From: Blastocystis sp. Blastoise
Lineage: Eukaryota > Protista > Bigyra: Opalinata
Direction of reading: 5' to 3'
Assembly: GCA_039096225.1 (NCBI GenBank)
Contig: JBBPEB010000030.1
Span: 868,001-932,000, forward strand
DNA length: 64,000 nt
Below the pieces are notes generated by a model. That model did not search any database and was not told the DNA's origin. It worked only from the letters and a program-made list of their open reading frames with translations. How positions within the stretch are numbered: the stretch's first letter is position 1; the number at the start of each line of letters is the position of its first letter. A program made the position numbers and the translations under genes. Shown here in pieces: positions 1-25,700 of this stretch.

Positions 1-6
1 TATATA

Positions 7-55
<49 letters not shown>

Positions 56-56
<1 letters not shown>

Positions 57-1441
57 TATTTACTAGTATCTGTAGTCAGATAACAGAGAGTCAATTGATT
101 GAAATGTCTCCTATATTATTAGAGAATGATAAGAAGGATGACAAAGAAGAAGAAGAAGAGAAGTAGAAGAAAATAATGATGCTGATACAGATAGTGATGA
201 TAGCGATAGCGATAGTAGTGGTGATGATGATGATGATAATGATGAGAAGGAAGAGAATAATAGTGAAGAAGAAGAAGAAGATGAAGAAGATAGTGATGAC
301 GATGATAGTGATAGTAGTGATGATGATGATGAAGAAGAAGAAGAAGAAGAAGATGAAGATGATAATGATAATGAAAAGAAAGTTATTGATGATGATGATG
401 AATTATGGAAACAAGGAGTATATATATATATAACTATATATATATAACTATCTATATTTATATAATTATCTCAAGAAGATATTGATCAGATGAATAGATA
501 TGATGATAAGATACGTAGTTATTTAACTATAAAGAAACAGATTAAGAAGGATGCTCTTAGTGAAAAACAAAAAACTATTAATTATAGACTTTAAATATTA
601 GATTTACTTGAACTCTATATTGATAAAAATGTATATTATTATTATATTTATATTTATTATATATTTATTATTATTATTATTACATAGGCTGAAAATCCAA
701 ATTTAGTTTGTTTGGTGTCTATTCTTGCTCAAGTGTTTGCTCTTTTCATGGTATATATAATATATATATATATATAATATATATATAATATATATATATA
801 TATAATATGTATATAATATATATATATATATAATATGTATACTATATAATATATATATATATAGAAAGATAATAAAGAAACTGTTATTCTTGATAAATTA
901 AAGCATATATATAAAGGAAAACTCTGTAGAACTAAATTACGTCTACCTAAAGATGCTTCTAAAGAAACTATGTATATATATATATATTATTATTATTATT
1001 ATTATATATATGTTATATATAGTATTGACTATACTGAACGTTGTTATAATGGTTTATATACCTGCATATTATTATGCTTAAAGACACCTAAAGTATATAT
1101 ATATATCTAATTATTATTTATTATTATATATAGGATAGTTATATATCTCATGAGATAGTAGAATATGTTTGTTTTGGTATTAATTTTTATTTCAATTTCT
1201 TATCATTATATTTGGATATTAATAAGAACTTCGAAGAGAATCGTAATAATTATATAGATATACAAAGATTAAGAGAAATGTTTGATTTATGTCTATTTGA
1301 TTATTTCCAAAGAAAGAAGTCACGTATATTATGTTTATTATTATTATATTTATTATTATGTAGTTATTATATTTATACTTATTATTATACTTATTATTAT
1401 ACTTATTATTATACTTATTATTATACTTATTATTATTATAC

Positions 1442-1478
<37 letters not shown>

Positions 1479-1479
1479 G

Positions 1480-1572
<93 letters not shown>

Positions 1573-1680
1573 TAGTTTATTCTTTCTCTGCTATAATAAC
1601 TTTATATATACTGGTATCATGATACTTATGTTTAGATATCAAAGCACTAAATTTGTCTATATATTTGAATATTATAAGTA
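56..1680 (+). pseudogene. MYBBP1A: 3' part of a MYB-binding protein 1A / Pol5 (DNA polymerase phi-like) gene, apparently disabled; 5' end lies outside the window
   Basis: Manual splicing gives VFTSICSQIT..., a long D/E/S acidic tract, then DIDQMNRYDDKIRSYL..KKQIKK..NYRL*ILDLLELYIDKNAENPNLV..KGKLCR..DYFQRKKS. This matches the acidic tract + 'FKLRVLDLLEIY..P.NPL' + 'F..KKS' pattern of Pol5/MYBBP1A. Lesions: 1-nt frameshift near 160, intron ending tataa instead of tatag near 465, in-frame TAA 592-594, TGA 1620-1622. Confidence 0.65.
1345..1572 (+). repeat. Intronic (TTA)n and (TATTATTATACT)n microsatellite
   Basis: Directly visible tandem repeats between the GT donor near 1324 and the AG acceptor at 1574-1575. 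Confidence 0.95.
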
Positions 1681-1749
1681 TTATTCTTGTAAATAAATTT
1701 AAAACGTATATAATGAATATATATAATAATAAAACTAATACTAATAATA

Positions 1750-4330
<2,581 letters not shown>

Positions 4331-5545
4331 ACCATAATTATTATAATAATTTGTTTTTTTATTCTAATTACAACACATCATTGTTTTACTGCACTAAGAT
4401 GCGTGAATACTACACAACTAATAAAATTCTGAATAAAGTTCGAAGTTCTTTTTTATTGTATATCACATATTACACTAACATTTAAGTGTATATAAAAGAG
4501 TTTTGTTAAATATATCCGTTAATTAGATTTCGTATAAATTACTCAATACATATAAAATGTGGTTTATATGATCAAAATGTATTTTTATAATCAATAAATA
4601 ATTGATAACACATAGCTATTAACGTTTCTAAGCTCATAATGCATTCATTATGTGGTTCTCTTTGTAGTAACATTATTTATTATTGATAGGTTAATGAAAA
4701 CTTTTTATAATAAGATATATAAATACAAACATGCTATTAAAAATTCTAACTGCTACAAAGGACAATTACATTAATGTGGCTTAAAATGAATCAAAGATGC
4801 TAAGTCAACATATATTATATATATATAAGTTATGTAAAAAATAATTACATAATAATATCAACTCTATTCAAATATCTAAAGAAATCAATTATTCTTATCA
4901 TACTCATACTGATATTTTATTATATATATCATTTTATAGAAATCAATTGCAATTAGACTAAGACAAGAACGTTCTCTAGAGAATTCTTGATTTTAGTAAA
5001 TGAATCCATTTTATAAAATGCTTACTAGTCCATTTTAAAATTACCCTTTGTTGGATATTAGTCTTATCTTCATTTATATGCTGAATATATACCTTTTATC
5101 CAGAATTAGCATCAATTGATAATCTTGTTAAACGTTAATTGAGAAAATATTCATCAATATGAGGTATATGTGAATATATTATATATTATATACATATAGA
5201 TATACTATATATGCATATATATTAGAGTCACATATTTCTATTTATTAATTTTTCCCCCGTAATTATTTACAGTAGTCAGATACTATCGGTATGAAAAATA
5301 TTCCCCACACCACTATGCTGACTATCAAGTTTTCAACAATACTATGCTGAGTATGAATTATCTCGAAGAAACCCATAGAAACATGAATTCTCACGATTTT
5401 GTTAGTTTTTTCTCTAAATAAAAAAGGTTTTATTAATCCACTTTTGATTCGAGCATAATCTGAAACATATATTGATTTTGATCTTCTTTGATCTTAATAA
5501 ATTCAGATACCTATCAAACAATTCTATATATATCCATAAATAAAA

Positions 5546-10973
<5,428 letters not shown>

Positions 10974-11279
10974 CTTTATATATATATATATATAAACATT
11001 TTGTCGTATTGACATCATCCGTAACTATAATAAACTTATTGTTATGTATGTTATTCATTATTCTTATTTTCTTTCAAAGAAATAAAATATATTCAAGTTC
11101 AATAACGTTATTTTTTATTCTTATTATTATTATTTTTTTATATACATACCATTAATTTCTTCATATTTATATATTTGTTATGAATGCACTATTCTCAGTT
11201 ATATTAAAATAGTAGATATATATATATATTATTATATTATTATCTAATATTTTATATTTGATATTTTTATTTTATTATA

Positions 11280-12060
11280 TTTTTTGAAAATAATCTTTCA
11301 GGTTTTTAATACATGTGATTGTGTGTATATATCTATGTTTTATGTTTAAATAATTATTATTGTTCTTTTTTTTTTAAATCTTTTGCTCCAAATATATATT
11401 GTTTTATTTACTTATTTAATTTATATATATATGTTTTCTGTCTTATATATTTATATATATATATTTTATATACATTTCTCTTTTCTATTATATTATATCT
11501 TTTATAACCGTCTCTTTTTTTTTTACATTTTTCATTTTTATTCTCGATTTGATTTGTATCAAGTTTTCTTTCTCTTTTAATAATATATATATTTTTCTTT
11601 TTTATGCCATTTATCTACTTGAAACACACTGTTCTTCTTTATTTATGATTCTTATATTAGATTCTGATGAAACTGTTGTTATTATACATTTTCATTTGTA
11701 TAATCCTATCACTACATATAATGTAAAAGCATTTCTTTTTTTTCTTTTATTTCTTGGATGTCTTCTTTCTTTTATATCTTTATATACATATATATTTATC
11801 AATTTTTATTTATATATATATATTTTTCATATATCATAGATTAGTTTTTTTTTTTATTTTAATATTTTTTTCAATTACATTATATATATTTTTAATAAAG
11901 TTTCATTTTCATTTACTATCATATCATATAGGTAGCTTCCTTTTCATCTATTCATTGTGTTTGTTCGAATTATTTAAAATAATAGTTCTCAACTGTTATT
12001 TTAACTTTTTTTAATCATAATATTTTGTCCTCAATACAAAACAATATAGAGATATATTCA
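11280..12060 (-). pseudogene. Decayed gene fragment for a Q/K/E-rich coiled-coil-like protein
   Basis: Minus strand ~11777-11592 reads I*KKEDIQEIKEKKEMLLHYM***DYTNENV**QQFHQNLI*ES*IKKNSVFQVDKWHKKEK in a single frame; ~11583-11495 reads LLKEKENLIQIKSRIKMKNVKKKETVIKDI. Confidence 0.55.
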
Positions 12061-12212
12061 AATTTTAAGCTAATTTTATTGTACACTAATTATAATAAAT
12101 GATATAAATACAATAAAGAAATAACACGAAATTATTAATATATATAAAGCTAGTTATGTTAAATAGAACTACAAGAATATGAAATTTTTATATAAATTAA
12201 TAAAAATATAGT

Positions 12213-12281
12213 TTATTCTCTTCTTCCAGATTCAAGATATTTCTTGATTTGTTCAACTTGTTCAAAATCCTTCTAAATAAA

Positions 12282-12345
<64 letters not shown>

Positions 12346-13196
12346 CCATAGATTGAATGACTTTAGGATAATTCTTAGTACAAGGAGCAGCAGGTACGAT
12401 TTGATCTAAGATAGAATAAGCAAGACAATCAACAATAGTAGCCTTATCACCTAACCAATATTTACCTTCATAAGTATCGAAAAGTTTTTCAAAAGCGGTC
12501 ATAAAACTGACAAAAGAAGTTTCTATAATAGTAAATATATAAATAAATATAATAATATAATAAATATAATAAACATATAAATAAAAGAATAAACATATAA
12601 ATAATATAATAAACATATAAATAATATAATAAACATATAAATAATATAATAAACATATAAATAATATAATAAACATATAAATAATATAATAAACATATAA
12701 ATAATATAATAAACATATAAATAATATAATAAACATATAAATAATATAATAAACATATAAATAATATAATAAACATATAAATAAAATAATAAACATATAA
12801 ATAAAAGAATAAATATTTACCATAGAATTTCTTTAAGTCTTCTTCTTTATTAGGAGAGAAAGCAGCTTTAAAGAAAGAAATAATAAAGTCTTCAAAAGAG
12901 TCCATAATCATTTGACCAAAATAAATAGAATGTTCATCAGAGCCTTCAAGATTAAATTTATGACCAATAAAACGAAGAATAGTAAGACTTTGAACAAGAT
13001 TAAAGCCATCAAAAGTGAGTTGAGGAAGTTGTCCAAAAGGAATAGAACCATCAGCTATACCAGCAGCTTTTATAGCAGGCCATTTATCAAAACCAAATCT
13101 TTCATCAGTATATTCAGCACCAGAAAGTTCAAGAGCAAGACGAATAGCATCACCACGTCCCTTAATATTGAAATATTTTAAAGTAATAGCAGGCAT
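12213..13196 (-). CDS. Glutathione S-transferase (sigma/pi-like, Tyr-type), 3 exons, 203 aa
   Basis: LKYFNIKGRGDAIRLAL..PFGQLPQL..LVQSLTILRFIG N-domain and YWLGDKATIVD C-domain motif. Exons 13196-12821, 12522-12347 and 12272-12213 join in frame and end in TAA. Confidence 0.95.
12550..12815 (+). repeat. 20-bp minisatellite (ATAATATAATAAACATATAA)n in GST intron 1
   Basis: About 12 near-perfect tandem copies are visible. Confidence 0.95.
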
Positions 13197-13621
13197 TTTT
13201 ATTTATGAAAAAGAAATAATAACGATTTAAAAGTATCGAAAGCAAATTAATAAATTATCTTCTTTGTTATTAAGAAATAAATTATTTATGAGAAATAAAT
13301 GAACCTTATTTCAAGTGAAGAGAGCATAAAGAACCAAAAGATAGAAAGATTGTTTGTATACAAAAGAACTGGAAAAATCATTTGATTTTTAGAAGTTTAT
13401 AGAGAAATCGGATGAAGATGATTCGTTGGAATTTTCTGGAATTTATTAGTCTTTTTCTCTTTCTTCTTTTTTTATGTTTAACGATCTATAGTTGTTTCTA
13501 TTAAGGAAAGATTTGGAAAATAAAGATTTCTTTTAGATTTCTTCTTATTGGATATGATTGTCAGCATTGATTTTTCTTTCTCATATGCTTTTGAAAGAGA
13601 TAATTTATAAGTTTTTGTCAA

Positions 13622-13634
13622 TCACTGGTAGGCA
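13622..13634 (-). promoter_or_regulatory. Candidate cis-element TGCCTACCAGTGA ~430 bp upstream of the GST
   Basis: Identical 13-mer at 20097-20109 upstream of the ABC ATPase, in the same orientation relative to its gene. Confidence 0.5.
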
Positions 13635-14599
13635 CTTTTGAGTTTTTGAAGGTTTTTGATTGGCTAATTTTCGTTCAGAACTTATTCAGCCAATAAAATT
13701 TGAATAAAAAAAAGACTTAGGCAAAAAAATGAAAATTTTCACAAAAATTTTAAGACGACGTTCTATTAGACTTTAAAAACCCTATTAGACATATTTTAAT
13801 AAAGAATTGACATTATTTTTTGTTTATTGAGGGTCACACAATATCCAAAACGTTTTTCTTTATTTTAAAGTCGCAATTCCGACAAATAATGGGGTCAATA
13901 TTTTAAAATATTTTATAGTTGTGTTTGAAGTGAAGACCCTCTCAGAGTCATAAATGTAATTAAAAGTCAATCAGCTGACCTCTATGGCTCAGAACCAAAA
14001 TTCAGCCAAAAAGTCAAAAATTTATATTTTTTTTACACTGAAAAATTGAGCCGAGCCTATTTGTTCCATGGGCAGTCAGACCAGAGTTTTGAATTTTTAA
14101 AATATTTACGGGAATAATTTTCTTGTTCAAAACTGAGTCTATTTTTATTTTATTGTATATCAGAGGACATAAGAGTTTTAAAAGACTTTTTTTATTTTAT
14201 TCTATCATGACTTAAAGTTCCGCATACAAAGAGTATGTCAAAACTTCAAAAAAAACAAGTTTTCCTCAGAATCAAAGAAAAGTCTTTTAAAGAGTTGTTT
14301 TGAGAGTTAATTATGTATTATAAAAACGTTTCAAGTTATAATCAATAGTTTTTAGAACAGAATATAAACAGATCAGAGAGTCAACAAAAATGAGTAATTT
14401 TTTAAAACCTGAAAGTAGTGGGATACAATAATGTTGTGTCAATAGTGTAATATATAATTGTTAAAACTTGTTATTTTAGTATTGAGTCATAAAAAATTAA
14501 AAAAAAAATTATAATGAATTTTTATGAAAATTTTTAGTATTTAACTAAAAAATTGACTTTAAATATGAATTTATCTTTATTTTTAATTTGTTGCATACA

Positions 14600-18560
<3,961 letters not shown>

Positions 18561-19265
18561 TTACTTATATTTATATATATTATCTAATATCTATTTTATC
18601 TATTTTTTATTGTGTTATATTTATTTTTTATATACATTTTGTTTAGTAGTATTTGAGAATAAGATTATTTTAAAAGAATTCTTTTGGAATAACATAAAAA
18701 GGAGTTTAACATAAATACAGTTTCTATTTATATTTTATGATATTCTTTATAATGTCTAAAACCACTTACAAACCTCTCAGACATTCTCAGTTTATTTATT
18801 CACTAATAATAATATATGATTCGTTGAACTAAAACATATTATAAAACAAAAGTTGCCAATTGTAAATTGTATCTTCATAAATAGCTATACTAAATATATT
18901 TTTTGATTCTCTATTGCATTCTTATTATAAATAAAATACTATTATATAAAAATAACTAACAAATATATTTAATTGTAATTATAGTTTATTAAAATAACAA
19001 TTTTCTTGTTTAATTAAGTCCAGAAATCTGTTATAATAGAATAATTAAGCTTAATGTACACATATAACATTTATATATCAATTAAAAATTCAAATAGACT
19101 TTTATATAGAGAAAAAGGGAAAATTTTAAAATTTTTTAACCCCTGGAAACAACGAATTTACACAAACTTTTATTATAGAAAAAAAGATTTTATAAGGGGG
19201 AATTTCTCTTTATTTTTAAGATTTAATATTTTCACATATTTATTTTTATTTTTATTTATTTTTCA

Positions 19266-19850
19266 GATATTTTTTATATATTATAAGATGTATATAATAT
19301 TTTTTATTTGCTTTAAACTTTATAGTCTTCATGATCTATCCAAATAGATTCAAATAGGTCCTAATTGGTCTTCTTCTTTAAAGTTAAACAATGAGTTGTG
19401 GGGTCTATGTAACTAGAAATCTTGTGCTATTAAAGGTATATATTTTTAGCATTCTCTTTGTTATTATTATTATCATCTTCTATAGGTTCAGGTGTTGTTG
19501 TCGGTCTCCTTGGTTAACAACTCCCTGGTTTTGAAGGTATTTTATTATATTTTATTTTTTTAAAATTAACTACTTTTATTTTTATATAGGTTCTAGGTCC
19601 TTCATGAGGTTTCTCTTGGTCTAGTCTGTTTGGTGGTTGAAGGTATATTATTATAATATATTTATTTTTATAAATTATATTTTTATAGTTGTGGTTTTTC
19701 TTCAAGGGGTATTCTACAAGTGATACATAAAGGTATATATTTATATGTTATCTATATTATTATCATTTCTATCATTTATGTATATATAGTGATCCAAAAT
19801 GATATCAAATTACTCAAAAATATTATAAATAATTATTATTTTATTATCTT
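19266..19850 (+). other. Small spliced locus with intact introns but no open frame (pseudogene or spliced non-coding RNA)
   Basis: GC-richer exon-like blocks 19326-19435, 19486-19536, 19590-19642, 19689-19732 and 19790- are bounded by tatag| and aag|gtat; all spliced frames contain stops. Confidence 0.55.
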
Positions 19851-20096
19851 TATTATTGTTATTATTTTTTTATTATTATCTATTGTCTTTTGTTATATAT
19901 ATTTTTATTATCATTCACACAACGATAAATAAATAAAAAATGACGTTTCTAAAAGAATTCTGAACGAATGAAAACAAACAACATACCCGACAAAATTAGT
20001 CTATTTTTTGGCCACTCTATTCGCTATGACTGAAAAGTGTCTTAAAATTTTTTGTTTACTTTTTCTCATTTGTCGCTTTTTTGATATCCGTGAAAA

Positions 20097-20109
20097 TGCC
20101 TACCAGTGA
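20097..20109 (+). promoter_or_regulatory. Candidate cis-element TGCCTACCAGTGA ~370 bp upstream of the ABC ATPase
   Basis: Exact match to the reverse complement of 13622-13634. Confidence 0.5.
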
Positions 20110-20477
20110 ATTATGACTTTTCAAATACTTTAAAAAGAGATGTATTGAATATATTTGAAAATACGGAGATGTATGAATTGAATAAGAAGAATTAGATTCT
20201 AATAGAATGAAATGGAAAACACGACAATTTTTAAAAATGTATTATTTTTATAGAAAACATATATATATATATACATATATATATATCCTATAAATAATTC
20301 TAATTTAATTAAATATTTTAAAGAATAAAATATAGTTGAGAAGTGTATCCTTTTTAAAAAAAAAAGAAAAATATGTTTTCTCTCCCTAAAATTATTATTT
20401 TTTTCAATTAATATTAATATTATTTTGTTGTTTTTGTTTTTTTTTTTTTTTGAAATATAAATATAGATATAGATATT

Positions 20478-22516
<2,039 letters not shown>

Positions 22517-22764
22517 CTTTTTTTTAAATAAATAGATTATTATTATTATTTTAATACTTATTTTTTTCTCCTGTAAATTTTAATTTTAACAAAACAAATA
22601 AAAACAATAAAAGAATATTGGAAATCTAGTTTTGAAGAATTATATAAATAGACTAGATGCACCATGAGAAAAAAGAAATAAGAGAATATTCATTCAATTT
22701 AATTATAATATACATATGTTAAAGGAAAAACAAGTTATATATAAATTGTTTTAAAATTATATTT

Positions 22765-25700
22765 TTATTGTTGATTAATTTCAAGGACATAAACTTTATC
22801 ATTAACCTTCTTAATATTCTTAACAACGCCATGATCAAGTTCAATCTTACTATAATCAAAAGAACTTTCATCAACACTCTTAGAGAAAGCAGCAGTTACA
22901 TATATAGGGAATCTATATAGAATAATTAATAAATATTATGAATAAAATAAATAGTAAATAAATAAATAATAATATAAAATATATATATACTCTTTAGCAT
23001 ATTTTTGTTGAGAAGTAAGGACAACTTCAACAGGTGTGTAATCATAATTAAGAACTAATATATTACTTTCACTTGTTAAAATACTACTATCGGAACTACT
23101 AACGGCAGCACCATAAGGAATATAAATAGATATACTACCAACAGAAATAGCTTCTAAGGAAACAGTAAATGTCTTTTCACTTGTAGGATTAACGCTAATA
23201 ATATTACAATTATTGACAATGAAATCGCTATTATCAAAGCCAGTTACGCCTACAGAGAAAGTAACAGTAACAGTAAATCTAGAATTAGTAATAGATGTTT
23301 CAGCAGTAGATAAAATGACAGATACATCAGAACCACTATAAACAGAACGAATAGTTTCTGAAGGAGTTAAAGAATTACCAGCTAAATCTTCAGCAGAATT
23401 ACTATTAAGAGCAAAAGTGAATTCACCATCTTGTAACACTCTGATATTAGCAACATATAAAGATGATGTTTGAGTAATAACAGAAAGAATTTCACAATTA
23501 GTTAATTCATATAATCCAGATAAAGTAACAGCTTTACTAAATTGCATAGTAATAGAATGAGTAGCAGTAGCAGTCATAGAAGGAACTGTAGAAACAAAAG
23601 TAACAGTAGGAGCAGTAATATCAGTAGTTAAGACGAAATTAGAATAAATATTTGTCTTAGGAGTATCACCACTCTTAGCAAATAAACCAATTCTTAATCC
23701 AGAAACAGAAGTAATAGTATCATCATTATGATCAGCAGACCAATTTGTAGCATCTTCTTGTTTATAATAACAATGAGTAATACCATTAGAATCACGAGTA
23801 TATCTTAACCAAGTCTTTTTACTAGTATCAAAAGCAACACTCTTATAATTATTATTCTTACCATACATCTTCCAAATGAAAAGAGGATTTGCAGTACCCC
23901 ACCAATCTAAACCACACATACCCTTTAAGTTACTACCTAAATCATCATATAAACCAACACCAGCAACATGTTGACCATTGAAATTATGTAAATCAACTAA
24001 AACAGTAAAACTAAAGACAGCAGGAGCAGATAACCACATAACAGGAGCATTATTTCTAGTATTAGCATTAATATCAGTACTACCATAAGTAGATAAATAT
24101 AATTGATTATTAGCATAAGAATAACCACCTTTAGAACTATCAGGAATATCAGCTTTCCAACCTGAAGCTTCAGTAAAAGAAGTAGAATAAGTGAATTTAC
24201 CACCTATACTATATATAGCCATATGATTTTCACCACCACAATAATTAGTACTATCTCCTGAACATACAGTATTACAATTAGTAGAATAAGCAACTCTTAC
24301 AGTATTAATAAAGCTATAATCAGGAATACATAAACATTTATTACCTTGATAAACAGCAAAGAATTTATAATTATCTTGACATCTAGATTGACATTCTTCT
24401 TGAGTATTAGTAGAACTAGTAAAGTAACTATCATCAGTACCATAAGCAATCTTAGGATAACAACCTAAAACATTTTCATCTTGTTCATATGTAGTTACAG
24501 TAAAATCAGTGAAATGCATAGTCTTAGGATTAGCATTCTTATTAAATACATATAAAACAGCTCTATCAATAAAAGCTAAATTAGAATCTTGAGAAACAGT
24601 TAAAGTACCAGCTTCAGACCAAGTATTAATATTATTATCTACTTGTCTATAATGTAATAAATAATTACCAGTAGATTGTTTAGTAATTCTTAAATCAATC
24701 CATGAATAAATATCACCATTAAAAGTATACCAAGAAGTACCACTATTAGAACCATAAGGACGTTGCCAACCAACATTTTTATTACCACCAAGAGAATCAT
24801 TCCAATCTTCAATACATAAACCATGAGCACCATAACTTAAATCACTAGTTAAACCTAAACCAAGACATAATTGACCACCAATACTACCTTCAGCAAATTT
24901 AGCACGTACAGTAATAGTATACCAATTAGAAGGTAAAGTAATACCATAATAAGGAGTAGTAGTATGACTACTACCAGACCATGGAGGTTGATTATTACTA
25001 TTTGTAGTAATAGTAAATATACCATCATTATCAATAGTTTCATAACTATAACTGACATCATAACTAGTACTAACACCAGCATTATCCCAAGCCCATTCAG
25101 GTTTAACAGTTTCAAATCCATCAGAGAAATATACATTAATATCAGGAGGATTAACACCTAAATTAGTTAATTTAATAACACTAGTTAATTTATTATTTAA
25201 TACATTAGGATTTGAACTAAATGTATATTGTTTAATATTAATAAGAGTACTATTAGTAGAATAAACAATAGGATTCATAGATTTATCATATAAACCAATA
25301 CCATTAGAATCAACTTTAATATTATATTTATAATTTTGTCCAGGAACACATACAGATATAGGACCAGTAGCTAAAGTAAGAGTATTAACACCATTAATAT
25401 ATTTAATAGAAGGAGTACCACAAACATTAATTTCATAACGTTTTTCAGTATAAGTAAGAGAAGATTCAGCAAATACTAAATTAAGATAAGCAGCAGTACC
25501 TTCAGTAACTTCAAGATTTAAGTCAAAAGCAATAGAATTCTTAGAATCAACGGTAAATATATTATTCCAATAAGGACATAATACATTATCAATTCGAGGA
25601 GGTAATACAAATGTATCAACATATTCAGCCATTTCAATACGAATAATATCACTAGACATAGAAATATAATTAGGTTCATCAAATATACGAGAAGGTAAAT

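Noticed and set aside
12100-12215. Blastocystis-type stop codons created by polyadenylation (TGTTTGTT motif)
   Set aside because: All complete genes here have genomic stop codons, and I found no exact motif at the expected position, only loose TGTT-rich 3' flanks.
12550-12815. CRISPR-like array
   Set aside because: Head-to-tail repeats without unique spacers, inside a eukaryotic intron; no cas genes.
13200-14580. Transposable element or RNA gene in the long intergenic regions (also 33000-34400 and 44820-46200)
   Set aside because: No transposase or RT ORF, terminal repeats, or tRNA/rRNA-like structure could be recognised by eye.
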